Source: Phoronis australis
Taxonomy: Eukaryota > Animalia > Phoronida
NCBI GenBank assembly: GCA_002633005.1
Contig: NMRA01000068.1
Span: forward strand, 25,036 to 89,035
DNA length: 64,000 nt
Reading direction: 5' to 3'
The position numbers and the translations under genes were made by a program. The number at the start of each line of letters is the position of its first letter. Position 1 is the stretch's first letter. Positions 15,201 to 28,200 of this stretch are shown here, in pieces. Below the pieces are notes generated by a model. The model was not told the DNA's origin and did not search any database. It saw nothing but the letters and a program-made list of their open reading frames with translations.

Positions 15201-18200
15201 TCGCCAACCTTTGAAAAACTCTTCTGAAATTCAGTCCATCGATAGATCACGCCAAGAGCTATGAGAAATCTGCCATCTGTTTCACCATTACGTCTTACTG
15301 TTCTCAAGTTCATTGAGATATTCTGAGCCCGGGGTCTAAACTTAGACCTCAAAATTCAACAATCGATTAACTGAATGACATGCATCAACTTCACTAATTT
15401 GTTTTGACTTGGGTCCGAGTAACTCTAATGACTTCTGATTTGTATACCATACACAGTACATGCCTAAGTTTGTCGGTTTCACCATCTTCATCACCAACAC
15501 CATCACCAACGCCATCATCACCACCACCACCACCACCATCACCACCATCATTATCAAAATCATCATTGAACGTTTCACTCAATATCCACAGTAGTGGTTT
15601 GCTCATTCAGCCAATATTGTACCAGACATATGTCTATCAAAATAACGAAAAAATGAAAACAAAAAGCGATTCAAAATCAGAAGCTTCCACTGTCCAAAGT
15701 AGATGAGCTGAATACAGCAAAACAGCGTTATGACTAATGTAGTCTACGTTGACATTGCTGTTGGTTTGCAGTTGATGTTGAGTGTTGTACATAATCATCA
15801 TCGTTAGCAGAGGCCTCTCCATCATTATCATCACGTTCTTGCCAGCGACTTCGTAGTCACTGGCAGAGTTGCCATGTAAATGTCATTGTGTTGCTTGTGG
15901 CAAGGGAAGCCATTGTTGTTTGCAGCGTAAGTGTCCAATGATTTGAAATTGATGGATAGTAAACGGTGTCCAATGTACCTGACTGCTGTCCCCTTCCTGA
16001 ATTTGATATTTGACCTAGTGCATTGCTTGTCTATTTCCCATTTACAACACTAGATGCGATGGAATACTGCAAAACGAATGCGGACTGCAAAAAGCTAGGT
16101 GAACTTCAATGTATCAAGAGTGCATGTGAGTGGGGCTTCTGTGGCTGTGAAAGAGGCAAAGTATCACGCTACCTGGGCTCAGAGAAACTCTTTCAGTGTG
16201 TTAAATGTAAGTAGAATAGGGTATCTCAAGGCAATCTTTGTTTCTTACATTAATAGACTTTAAGTCTTCAATGTGTGAATGAACATAACAACTTAGTACT
16301 GAATTTCATAATAATATGGAATCAACTGACACTTAAGAGTAGCGAAATGAACATGAATTTGAAAAAGAGGCTTCAAGGTCACAGGAGGAGGACGATGTGA
16401 AATTCGTAGAGCCAAAATGGCACCCAACATCTGAGCATGCTACATGAATCAAACTCTTTTGAGTAATGCTGGACTGCATCACTAGTATCATGATGAATTC
16501 TTTGATAAAAAATTAATGTTTTAATAATATATCTTCCCTTTCTGTCAGTGAAGAAGATTGAAGAGTCCTGTTCTAATCACTCAAACACCGGTGTGTGTGG
16601 TCCATACAATAGCATATGCAGTGAGAGTGGTGTGTGTAGATGCAGAGATGGCTACATCAACCGTTTTGGTGGTGAAATGTGCGCGAAGAAGGATGACGTG
16701 TTCTCTGCGGAGACCCACGCAGGCTACCAGACAGACTGCGAGGGGCCATCAACAACCTCAACAAGCTTGAGCTTCTTGCAGCAGATGCCTATTACATGCA
16801 ATTGCCCACAAGGCTACAAAACAGAACTTTGGAACATGTACTCAATGCGCAACCCATTTCAGGGGAAGAAAACTCCTGCATGCATGCGAAGTAGGTTGAT
16901 AATCAAAACCGACAGGCAACAATAAATAATGTTGATATTTACTTGAACAAAGAATTCAGGTAATTCTCCATTCTCAGAATAGTAAATATATTAATAGGAT
17001 TGAATAATAATTAATGTCACAGAGAAAATGATGGCAAACTCCAGGTTGCCATAGCAGTCGTGCCGTACTCAAGAGAAAAATTGTAAGCAACGACTGAATT
17101 GAAGTCTTATGTTGAGTCTCCTGCTTGAGTCAATTAACAGTTTGTTCTACAATGGACTGTGCAGCTTGATATATCACGACTCCATTGCTAAATGTGAAAT
17201 ATCAAGGTTCAAACAGCAACAAATGTAGGATGGCATAGTATGACTGTTTCAGTGAAAATTAGGTTTATTGACTAATCTTAATAGTTCTTGTTTTCTATTT
17301 TGCTGCAGTACTTTTGTTGGTACACAGTGCCATGAGTCAGTTCATTCTGTATTTACCAGGTCTTGTGACGTGGCTTTGATCAGTTTTCTATAACATGTTG
17401 AAGTGCCACGTAGTTTCGCGTTACCACATGCCAAGCCCGTCCCACTGGTGTATCAAAGGTGTGTTTAATCAGAAGTACGAAACGACGGAGCATTCTGCAT
17501 GGAAATCAAACAATGACGATAGTGCACATATGTGGAGATTCTCAGGTTTATGACACGGGCAAAACCTCTTGGAAATTTCGTCAAAATCCCTCGGCAAGCC
17601 TCGGGATTTTGCTCATTTGCTCATGTCATCAATCTAAGATGAGTGCTGGATAAAATTTTGTTTTCTCACATGAACCGTAAAAACGATCTGTTTTGCTGAA
17701 AAACTCGATGTGTCTACAACTTCCAACCACACAATGTAACTTTTGTAAAAACACGCTTGCGCAATGTAAAGTAATTCAGTTACTTTTTGTTTTAAGCTTA
17801 ACAATTGTAAATTGTATTCAACTTTCAAAGCAAATATTCAAGTTCGAATCTGATAAATAGTCTTTGAAGTTGTAATATTAAAATTAAAAAATATTCATAT
17901 TATTAACTAACAGTTAGCAAGGCTTCCCCGCATGTGCCTGGCACTGAATTGACAATGAGGCATCATAGCTAAACTGGCTCGCTGCGTTTCTTGAGTTCGG
18001 GGTCGACTCCATTTGAATGAACATGGATATTGAATTCACTGCCGAAGACGGGTCCGTTTAAGTAGTTGTTTCCACGTCCTTCCGACTGGGAGTACGTACA
18101 GCTGTGACACCGGATTTGTCAATCATAACCTTTTCACTTTCTCGGAATTCCGGCATTGTTTGGTAGGCACGCATTTGGTTGTTTTAATGTTTTGCAGACG

Positions 18201-21200
18201 ACAAAATGTACGGCGTATGGATTTCTACTTTGTACTACTTTGTGTGTGATTTGCCCGTGTAATATCAAAAAAATTACGTACTCGGTGTCATTAACTAGGC
18301 GTGTCGTAACACATTCCATGTTATGTGAGAATGTATAAGCACACATCATCATAATTGCTCGATTTTCATGCTTCATGCTAAGTCGTTTCATATTTCTGAT
18401 GAAACAATGACATTAGGGATACACCGATTTGCATCTTGTTTCAGTTGTCATAGGTGATATGTGCATCAGCAACGATGACTGCAAGAAAATAAGTGGCAGT
18501 GGATCCAAATGCATAGCCAACAAGTGTGCATGCAAGAACACCAAACATGTGCCGAACTTAGAAGGCAGTGAGTGCGATGAACGTAAGTTAAGTACAATTA
18601 CCGCATCATCTAAAACAATATGTAGAGACAGACCGTTCAAGTAGGAATCAAAATTACATAACGTCTAGAAAAGTGTCATAGAACAGGATCTTTGCTACGA
18701 GGATATGTAACAACTTACCAATGTCGAATAAAAATAATTGTTCTCATTTTTCAAGGGGTTCAAACATTAGAGTGAATGATCAAAATTTTTTCAAAACACT
18801 GTTTGGCAGTAGTCATGGTACAAATGTTTCATGAGGCTAAGGATCATATTGGCACTATATATCACTTAAGAAAAAAATTTAAAATTTTACCATAGTAAGC
18901 GTTTTGTTAGAGATTTCCTCAAAGCTGTGTCTGCCACCTGCTGTTTACACAATATGTACCTTCGGCATGCCCAGGGTGCACTCGACAATATTTTAGAGAC
19001 TCGGCTTTCCTTAGACTGCAAACTTCAGGTACTCAGTCTTTTAGAAAGTCTGTGAGATGAAAACCACCCTTGTCTAGTGTAAGCACGATAAAAAAGGAGA
19101 CAGTTTGATGAGAGCTTCCATGAAAATGCCTTCCCTTCTTAAATGGTCCCCTATTCGCACCTCATCCGCAACACCGATTTCATTTTCCCACAAGGTACAT
19201 TTCATAAGTTCAGTTGGACATTCCTTCCAACTACAATCAATAAATTCACGTCGAGCATTAATTATGCTAAGCCAACAGAGTTGGTGAAAGGTTTTCCAAG
19301 TTTGCTACAAAGATTAAAGTTATATGATAATAGGCTAAACCCCAACAAAATACTATGATTTTCCCTACAGCACTTGGATTGGGAGCCAACTGTTCGAAAC
19401 TAATGGTACACATTAGGGGAGTTTGCGATGGAACTAAAGGCCTCTACTGTGGCGACATGTGTGACACCAGCAACACCATAACAAGCACTAAACAGTGTGC
19501 ATGTGCGCCGACCTACATCAAATCAGGAACTAAATGTATTAAACGTGAGTACTATATCTGGGCATAGTCCTGTTTAGCTTTTTGACACTGTCAACTGACA
19601 TGGAGCAAGATGGTCGGTGTGAAGCGGCAATTTACACAGACATACACACCGCACACCACACACACACAAACTCGAATGGTGACTGGTAGGGGACTGTTCA
19701 TGTGCAAAGATACAAATTGCAGGAGTCACAGTTCTATTATTATTGTTGTTGCTGCTGATGCTAATGTCGTTGTTGCTATGGTGCTTCTAATGTTGCTGTT
19801 GTTATGGTGCTTCTAATTCCCCCACGTGAAAGCAATTTGTGACATTGAGTTTTACTTCAATGATTTTTTGATCAACTGATTAATACTTTCATCAGTAGGC
19901 CTACTGAACAGTGAGTAAATGCTGACAATTTCCTAACAAAATGAATGGTGGTCAGGATAAACAACTGACTAGCAAATGTTAAAAATTGCAAAAAAAATGA
20001 TATATGTGTGTTTTATGCAAAAGAATTATAGAGATGGTCAATTCTGTCTTGCTTCAGTTTTGCGTTTAAAATTTTTTGTTGCTCTAACTCACAAACATTG
20101 GACAAAAAATGTCACCAAGGGGTCAATTTGCTGGTATCAAACCTGTTTACAGTCACATACTTGCCCTCCACCTTGTTTCATGTCAGCTGATCCATGTCAA
20201 CTTTTGTAGTGTAAACAGCACTTGTAATTCAACAGGATTCAGGTTTTATGAGGGCAAGGGACATTACATGATCAGCATCAAAAAGTAGTTAAGAATTGTT
20301 AAGCTGTACTCAGTTTATCTCAGACAGGATAATAAGGCCATTCCGGATTACACACTGGAAAACTCACATCTCTCTGTATCTATAACACTGCAATATCAGT
20401 CAAGAACCGTGTTTCCGCATCAGTGGAGTTGTACCTGTTTCTGTTCTGTAATCTGGTGTCTATTGAGATGAATATAATAATGGGCATTACATGCTCTTAT
20501 GCACCTTTTCCATACATAAGTGCAAAAACATCCAAAATAAAAAATCAAAAGCATGAGGCACATTTTGCATGATTTTTGTCTATAAATTCGGTCATAAACC
20601 CGCCATTTCAAAGTAAAAAAGTTTTTCTCCTATTAAAATAGCTAAGCTATGACATTCATTTAATAATGGGTCAGTCATTAGAATACACAAACTCAATTAC
20701 TGACTAAAGCAAGTGCATATTGCCTTGATCCATGTATCTTCTTCTTGTAAAGAGTGGCACTTCAGGGTTTGCATCTATCAGAACTGGTAGCAGTAAGCTT
20801 TCACAGCAGACCTCATTCATGCAGTCGCCATTTTAAAAATGGGCTTCTTTTTAGATTTTAAAAAACAATGCATTTGAGAAAAAAAAATATAATGAGGCAT
20901 TCAAATACATCATGTCCTGCACTGTGATTAAGCGTGGAATGCATTCACTTGTTTTTAAAACTTAAAAGGATGCTCTTTGTAACAAGGTGAATACCTGAAT
21001 AAGGTACATATAACACAAATCTCTTACTTGTTTTTAAAAATAAAAGGATGCTCTTTGTAACAAGGTGAATACCTGAATAAGGTACATATAACACAAATCT
21101 CACCTCATATCAGGATTTTTTTGTACCTGTGTCACGAGAGCTTTCAATGAAATCTGGAGACAAGACAAAAACTGAAAACTGGGAAAAGGAACAATACAAG

Positions 21201-22445
21201 ACCACTTGAGTAACACTAAGTGGTTCAAACCCTAATGTGGTTTTGGTGAGAGAAAGCAGGTTTATTATTTTAGCACTGAGCTTCAAATAAAAAACATGAA
21301 ATCAAGTTTTAAACACTCTATATACAAATAATTGGGAATCCAAGTTTGTTGTTATTGTAGCTAGTATGTTTTGAGGACGTTTCTGGTTAAAATACCCCAC
21401 TTTGTGACTTGCAGGTAAACTTGGAGATCAGTGTCATGGTGACCTAAACTGCAAAGGCAACAACATGAACGCTATCTGTGTGGATGGCACGTGTCAAAAC
21501 GGTGAGTTATAAGGACTTCACTGCACACATTTTGGAAATAGGCTACACTCGTTGCAGTAATTAAGACACAAGAAACCTTGAAGGTGGTTAATTGATGCCA
21601 TGCTCATATCCACACCTAGCATCAAATATTGCCATTTCTACTATAAAACCACATGACTGTGGTGAATGAACTAGGGTCCTGTTTTTTCAGTGGTCATAAG
21701 CCTTGCCAATCTGTTTCATGAAAAGTAACTAAGGCCACAGAATTTTGGTCACAATAAGTGAATACAGGTTTAGCCAAATCAACTAGTTATGAGTGCATCA
21801 CAGTCTAGAGATAACTTATTTACAAGCAGTTTGGTGTATATTTGATCAAGTGTTATTTTATCAGAAAAGTCTAGACTGAATGCATGTCTGACTTGAGCCT
21901 GAAACCACTTTTCATGAAACCGAACCTGATCTTGGATAAGGCAATGGCATTCTAAATTTTTATTGACAAAATTCAATAACAAGTAGCAACCATTTTGCTC
22001 ATATAAAAATGAAGCGTTGCCTTAGCAATAATGTGCACACAAGCCTCTTGGCTAACACTTCGTGCTTCCTGGGTCCACCATCAATTAAATAATCCGTAAA
22101 AACAATGAAAATTAAAAAAAAAGACTGGTGCCCTTTGATAAAATACAACCTAGCTCAGTGTACTTGAATCTCACACCTACGAAGAGCATAAATCTAATGA
22201 CTTGTTTGCACTCAATGGCGAGAGGCACAAAGAAGATAATGAATGCATAGCCTTGTGAGGTGCTTTTGATTACTGAGAAATATGTTCTGTAAGGACTTAC
22301 GGTATGTCAATAAGTTGAACTAAGTCTGGAGCAAGTGAATGAATGTAAAAGTTAGTAATTCTTGTTTTTCTATCTTTAAGCTGCTATCACACGAATCCAA
22401 AGTGTGGCGCTGTTGCTTGCTTGTCTGGTGTGGAATGTACTGTGA
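3209..22445 (+). CDS. Gene A: secreted, probably GPI-anchored, cysteine-rich EB/EGF-like repeat protein (342 aa, 8 coding exons)
   Basis: Exons 3209-3235, 7622-7664, 16054-16206, 16549-16890, 18445-18582, 19371-19544, 21415-21501, 22381-22445. All introns are GT-AG, phases 0,1,1,1,1,1,1, total 1029 nt with no internal stop. Protein: MSSVGVATVISSTLLVIIITPSG-DAMEYCKTNADC... ending CQNAAITRIQSVALLLACLVWNVL*. Exons 2-8 match gene B in size and phase. Exons 1-2 are less certain than 3-8. Confidence 0.88.
5427..6530. mobile_element. Helentron/HINE-like non-autonomous element
   Basis: T-rich start followed by hairpin CGGAATTC-tgg-GAATTCCG (~5457-5474). Internal repeated subunits (GCTCATAG..GGCxGCATTTTTTGACG, CAGAAGATATTTTT) and CAAAATGGCGG/GCCATTTTG motifs typical of these elements. 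Confidence 0.55.
6889..7617. repeat. ~187-bp tandem repeat, 4 copies (plus a partial copy near 6520-6650)
   Basis: TGAACAAGACTGCAGCCTATTTCT at 6889, 7076, 7263, 7452 (periods 187, 187, 189). Confidence 0.92.
8618..13119 (+). mobile_element. Sola3-like DNA transposon with decayed, intron-containing transposase
   Basis: TTAA flanks (8614-8617, 13120-13123); TIRs GAATGATTCCATATAAAAACCA / TGGTTTTTATATGGAATTGCTC. Exon-like segment 10365-10576 reads TYIHTLDACKQD...FLHSDNANCYH...TGISILR (SDNAxCYH DDD-type catalytic motif). Frameshifted Cys/His-rich N-terminal pieces at 9376-9870. Contains the N gap. Confidence 0.72.
10577..11261. other. Assembly gap (run of N)
   Basis: Directly visible; interrupts the transposase. 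Confidence 1.
13993..14383. mobile_element. Small inverted-repeat element (MITE-like)
   Basis: CAGCCTCATCCCCCAAGCTTCAAGATGGCAC and GCGCCATTTTGAGGCTTGGGGATGAGGCAG are near-perfect inverted repeats around an AT-rich core. Confidence 0.55.
15481..15566. repeat. (CCA/TCA)n trinucleotide microsatellite
   Basis: accatcttcatcaccaacaccatcacc...ccaccaccaccatc; explains the poly-Pro/Gly/Val ORFs here. Confidence 0.9.
19566..20221. mobile_element. Harbinger-type MITE in gene A intron 6
   Basis: Ends AGTCCTGTTTAG... and ...GTAGTGTAAACAGCACT, homologous to both ends of 46246-46644. Confidence 0.65.
20947..21101. repeat. Near-perfect ~78-bp tandem duplication
   Basis: ACTTGTTTTTAAAA..TAAAAGGATGCTCTTTGTAACAAGGTGAATACCTGAATAAGGTACATATAACACAAATCTC at 20947 and 21026. 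Confidence 0.9.
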
Positions 22446-23430
22446 AAAGCAGACGACACTGAAAGCAAGTAAAGTGCCTGCTGCAAAGAAAATAACGGCA
22501 ACTGAACATGAACTTCATAATGATTCAATGCTGAGAGCAAGTTGGTGCCAAATCTGGGTTATCTAATAAGGAAATAGCTCAATGTTGCTGTTGACTGATT
22601 CATTAGATTATAAACAGAGTTGACAGGGTTGGGACAATGACGCCTTTTCTACAGCATTACCTGTCAAATCAGACTGCAAATTTTGGAAATTAGTGTATTT
22701 TACAGTGATGCAAGCCACAACAATTGCTGCCACAAGAATTTAACAACCTAAAAATGTAAAACTTTGTAATTGCAACGTTTGGTGAGCACGCATGTTGACC
22801 CTTTCAGAAAAAGTTATATGCTTTTTATCTATAACCAACATGATCAAAGCACTCACTATGAGAAAACATGACAATGAGCTGAAAAATTTTAGTTTTCAAT
22901 TTTGCTTATCCTAATCAGAACTTAAGAGGCTATATTATCACTGCTAGAAAATCCCTATAGAGATATTAATTTATTTAGTTGTATTTTGCATATTGGAAAT
23001 GTCTCATTATTTCCCCATTTGATGGGTAACATAAATGATGTTCCAATTACAAACATTGAAAGTTTTGTTGCTCATTACCTCGTGGTTCTGAGGTATATGT
23101 GGCATTCCATGACTTGAACAAGTATTGAAACACGGTATTGAGGTGGCATGTTGACTGATCCATGTGTCTTGGTAGGCTTTACGTTTGTCAATCATACGAA
23201 AAAATAGAAAAATGTCAATTTCAGCAATAGTTTTTTTATAATTTGTAGATTTTTTATTGTAGGCGGGCAGCTTATTGTACCCACACAGTGAGTGGGCTGA
23301 TGTAAATTCTAAACTGACTCATAAGTTAGTTTTTAACAGAAGACTGGATAAGATGTGTCACAGATATTTACTCTTCTATATCTTGCAAAATGCATATCAG
23401 CTGCACATTCATTCTGAGTAATGTCAATTA

Positions 23431-25021
23431 CCGTAAACGTTCGGGTTAACACCCATGCTCAGTTAACCGCCCACCCCCTACTTTAGGTGGATTTTCAATT
23501 TAACCGCCCACTGCTCCGTTAACCGCCCATCTGCGATGTTTGAAGATTTCCAGTTAAGTGCACACCTCTCGGTTAAGTGCCCATCCCTGACTTTCAAAGG
23601 TTGAAGATTTAGCGCCCAGTGCTACGCAAACGCGCGATTCCCGACTTTTAGATCGATGATCACAACTAGAGTGCAACGACGGCCTCAGACCGAGCCGGCG
23701 GTTTGGCAATGAGAATTATAATACAAGTAACGAATTCTTGTCTCGGGTCATGGATTTACTTCAAAATATAATACTTGAACGTTTTGTCACTTTATTTTCT
23801 TCCCATGTTTAAAAAGTTTTAGAATCCCGCCGGCTTCAATGCCTCCGCTTTTATTGACGCGGTCTGCCGCACTGAGTTTCTGTCTGCAGTGCACTACATA
23901 AAACATGTATTTGAAAAAAATCGGGCCAGAGAAATGTGACAGTGGTTTTGCCAACCCTTCCAATTCGCTTTAGTTAGGAAGCCCTCGTATCTAGAAGAAT
24001 TTCCATAACTCACGGAAAGATTCAAATTCTCCCGATTTTGATGAGTGTAATTGGCAGGTTATCGAGGATGTGTAGCGACCGAACGGACAGTGTACCTCGC
24101 AGGCCAATTTGCCGTCTCTCGATTTCTGAATCCAAAGGTTGGCAATACGTTACTGGATGTTTGTGTATCATCTTGAAGAAATAAAAAACTGCAAGTCAAA
24201 TTTTGTTTTTCGCTTATTGCATCTCAGACAAGTTGGCGTTAACAGATTCTGCCAAAGTCGCGGGAGGTTGTTTATAGTACAATTTCTTGCGACAGGCGAA
24301 ACTGTGAATTATCGTATGCACCTAGCTGTTTAGCTTCCTGAATATTTTTGTTTCTACATTGGGCAGTTTCAGCCTGAATAAAATTCTTACCATTCGAGTC
24401 TGAGACATCTACGACGTAACTAATTGGAAATTGGCGGCAGTGGTAATGACGTGCACGCAGCTAGCTACGGGCATGGAACATCGTGTACAGGGATCATCGA
24501 GCCGGGAAATATTGGAACAGATTTGACATTGTAGTTTTGGGTCATTTGAACGGAGGAATATCGTAAAACACTGGGTTTTTTGTAACAATAGCTTAAAAGT
24601 ACAGAGTCGCGCCGGTGTACTCCTTTACGTAGGGCTGTCGCTGGTCTCTTTTGATGTGCGATCTCTGAAGTGGTGCACGCGTGTAAGTTCCTACACTCTG
24701 GAGTGCATGTTACCTTGACAACAACATATATGATTGACAGGTGAGTCATACGTACGCGCGTGCTGAATCCATCCGCTATCTTTTGTCACATAAAACAAGA
24801 CTCATATTGAAAGAGGCTGTTAAATTACTTGATGGCATTTCCAAGTCTAGTGTTGGCATATTGTGCGCAAACAGCGGGACCGAAATTTACTGTCATAATA
24901 ACCGCCCACCCCGGATTTCTTGAAATTTCACATTTAAGCCCCTTGTCCGGTTAACCGTCCACCCCTGATTTTTTGGGTTTGCCGATTTAACCACCCAGGG
25001 CATTAACCCGAACGTTTACGG
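23431..25021. mobile_element. Non-autonomous Tc1/mariner-superfamily element (CCGTA termini, Tc2/pogo-like), copy 1
   Basis: TA|CCGTAAACGTTCGGGTTAA ... TTAACCCGAACGTTTACGG|TA; subterminal TTAACCGCCCA repeats; no transposase ORF. Confidence 0.88.
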
Positions 25022-25070
25022 TACTTCCTCAACATAAGTGAACAGACTTATAGCTGTGTTCAGAGCAACT

Positions 25071-25260
25071 ACGGTAAAATCTCACAAATTTCGGACAAAA
25101 CTGCCACAACTGCTCTTTTTGAAGGGTTTCTTATGAATGTCCACGATTTTTCAAAATATTGTGCATTTAGCAGCTTTGGTGCAGAGCTAGATGGAAAAGT
25201 GTTGACTTCGAGCTACACATGGTCTGTCATATTGTGTCCAAAATTGGAGATTTTACCACA
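25071..25260. mobile_element. Short palindromic MITE; relatives at ~1-140 and ~54380-54510
   Basis: GGTAAAATCTC...GGAGATTTTACC inverted ends; internal similarity to the reverse complement of 1-140 and 54390-54510. Confidence 0.5.
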
Positions 25261-28200
25261 AGACAGGTTCTCACTATTTCTTTAGATGTAACTGTGATGT
25301 AATCCTTACTGTTCATACCGACAATTAAAACTGTTGTAATCTTAGTGGTTTTAGTTGTTATTCATCAGTGCTATCGCTTTCCAATTTGTCCTACTTAGTG
25401 AGTTAAGGATGCCATTGTTTCCAAAGAGATTTGACAGCAGCGCCACCTACTGAGTTACAACATTTGCAACTGCCCTGCTCACAACAGTTATATCCTCTTA
25501 CAAATTCACCCTCACAAAGGGTCACATAAATGTGTTGCAGTTTTAACTCAAACCAGATCTAAAGTGTTCTCTGACAGAATGACAAACTTTAAAGGCGAAG
25601 GCAACCTTTTTTCATGTCATTTTGAGCTAAAATAAGGTTGGTTGGTTATCCTAGACATATTAATTACTCGTCCTCTACTCCAGAAGTGACGTTTTAGGAG
25701 GAAAGCGTTTCCCGCCACTTGGTTTTGCGTTGAGTTTACCGTGCGAATCTGTTCTATTCTACTTTTGTTTTGTGCTGTTTTTCAACAACTGTCGCCACCA
25801 CATTCCTTCGGCGAGTATTCTGCGGCAAGATAGGTTAGTAGAGAACTCAACTACATTGGATTTAGGGATTGTTTAGTGTGTTATAAGCTGAAAATGGCTG
25901 GAGTCGGTGACCCGTATCACAGTGACAGTAGTGTGAGTNCCCTGTGTACTCATCACCAAAAATGACAAGGGGCAACTAAATTTGACCAGTGAACCACGGC
26001 TAATCTCGTTATTAGAAAAGCAACTGGTCTACAGACAAAATCTATGGAATACATATAAACATAACTAAAGATCAGGTGACGATGTTTCAGACAAGAGCAA
26101 TGTGGAAATGTGCTCACGACTGCACTGCAAACAGTGTGCTTACAGGCTTGTTTATTTGTATCATAAAAGTGGCCATTAAATGGCAGAGATTACATTAAAC
26201 CCATTCAAAATGGGAAGTTGTCCTCGTCTCTCAAAACCATTTGCCAAATTTCATAAAAAATCGTCAAAGACCTCCTGCAAAAGATACACAGGTTTGAACT
26301 TCGGACTCCTGTTTGGGAAACCCGGTTCGAATCCTGGCTTCACTGGCAGACAATCCAGCATTGCACAAAAGTGTCTCCTACTCCTCTGAGCTCGGTCTTA
26401 CTAGTAAGTGAATGAATGTATGCAAGGGAATGAATGAGTCAATTTTTAAATTAGCTACTGGCTAATGTTCTATGTTTACTCTGAAAACTGACAATAACTA
26501 AATGAAAAGCGGTTATAACTAGAGCTGCTGCCAAGTCAGAACCTACTTAAGGGAACATCCTGGTTGCTACTGTAATTCACCTCAAATCTGAGAGCATGGC
26601 ATAAACAGGCTCCATTGTAGTAAAGAAAACAAAGCACAGCATTTTTGTAACATTATTTAGCTTGCAGAAGGCAGTTCTTTAGAATATACCGGTAAAGTGA
26701 CAACCTACCTCCTAAATAAATCTTGCACATAAGGACATAGAACAAGGTAAACAGAAATGCACAATAGTAAAGAAAACAAAGCCTAACATTTTTAATAACT
26801 TTATTTCGCTTGTAGAACGCAGTTCTTTATTATTCCTACACATAAGGAAATAGAAGAAAGTAAACATGTCACAATGGCAACACACCATAAAATATTGCCT
26901 AGTTTCAGTTTCAGTTCTCAGAAAAAAGAGAGGGGTATGAAGGTGGGCCAGATAGCAGCCACCTTACCGTAAATTTCAAATACTTAAGCCCCAGGGAATG
27001 TGTTCAATAAATGGCATATTTTTTACCTTTCTGCTGGCCCAAATAAAAGCCAGGTAATCTAGGAAACAATGAGCCTATGAACAGAATATCTGCAAGCAAC
27101 ATGTACGTGGAATGAGGGATTAAATATTTGAGTGAGTCTGCTTGTGGAAAATCTCGGTACTAGAGATGTAGAATAATATCAGTGAGGTCACTTGATGTGC
27201 AGTAGAACTAAAGTGGAGTCAGTGATACACAGATAGAAGACTTAGTCACATTATCTACCCCGCAATCAACTTAACAATGAAGGTCATAGGAACACAGGTA
27301 GGAGGAAATTGCGATTCAAATAAAATGCAAAGTTGACTAAATGAGGTTCGTCTCCACAGTGTGCTTGAAATAGAGTTCATATGTGTTATTGGATTAACAA
27401 ACTGTTGCATTCTTTTTTATCAAATATTTGAAGAACTTTGGCCTGTAAAAGCAGCGTTCAATAATGCTTTAATATCACTTAAAGTACCCGGTACCAATTT
27501 GTCCTCCCCATGATAGCAGTTGGTTTCTACCATTAAAATACCTTGAGAGACATCACCTACATCTGAAAAGAAGCAACCCAATTTTGGAAGATTTGGACAA
27601 GCCAAGCCATGTCAAATTAGTGGCATTTTCATTGTGTAAAAATCAAGAAAATTCAACTATCACCATTGTGAAAAAATCAAGAAATATCCACTATCACCAT
27701 CTAATCTAGAATCACGCTCCATTAAACTCGTCAAGCAAGCCTTTTGTGTTGGTACACAGTACTGTGGTTAAGCTGGTCAGAGCTTAAAGTCACAGGAAGA
27801 AATAAACAGGTGAAAGTTAAGTCCAATTTTTCTGAAAGTCAACCGTTTTTCTCCATTCAAAGTTTCTTGGTTAAAGTATTTCAAACAAAACACATCTGCT
27901 CAACGGCATTTTTTGAAAATTGTTAGCAAATTAGTATTTTTAAATATCAGTTAGCATCAGGTGCACTATTTACAACATAATTGCAGGATTATGTGAGCTT
28001 ATCAGATGAAAGCAGACACTGAGAGAGCTGGACTATGAAAATATTGGTTTGCCATGATCAAACATCCCAACTGGCCAATCAGTCAATCAGGATACACATT
28101 CAACAGCACACCTGCATAATGGATGCTCTATTACATCCCAATAAATGACCTGTTTCAGATGGAAATCATTTTCTATTGCATAGAAAGAATTCAGACATGT

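Noticed and set aside
15342-15706. Poly-Pro, poly-Gly/Asp and poly-Val ORFs
   Set aside because: Trinucleotide microsatellite in an intron.
17930-18391. Minus-strand coding-like stretch in gene A intron 4 (NNYLNGPVFGSEFNIH, faintly TLDc-like)
   Set aside because: Stops in all frames, no convincing family motif, and no match to the missing TCF25 exons.
25894-25938. ATG...GTGAGT as gene B coding exon 1
   Set aside because: Phase fits, but it lies in a TTAAAGG-type transposon remnant and encodes an acidic peptide unlike a signal-peptide n-region.
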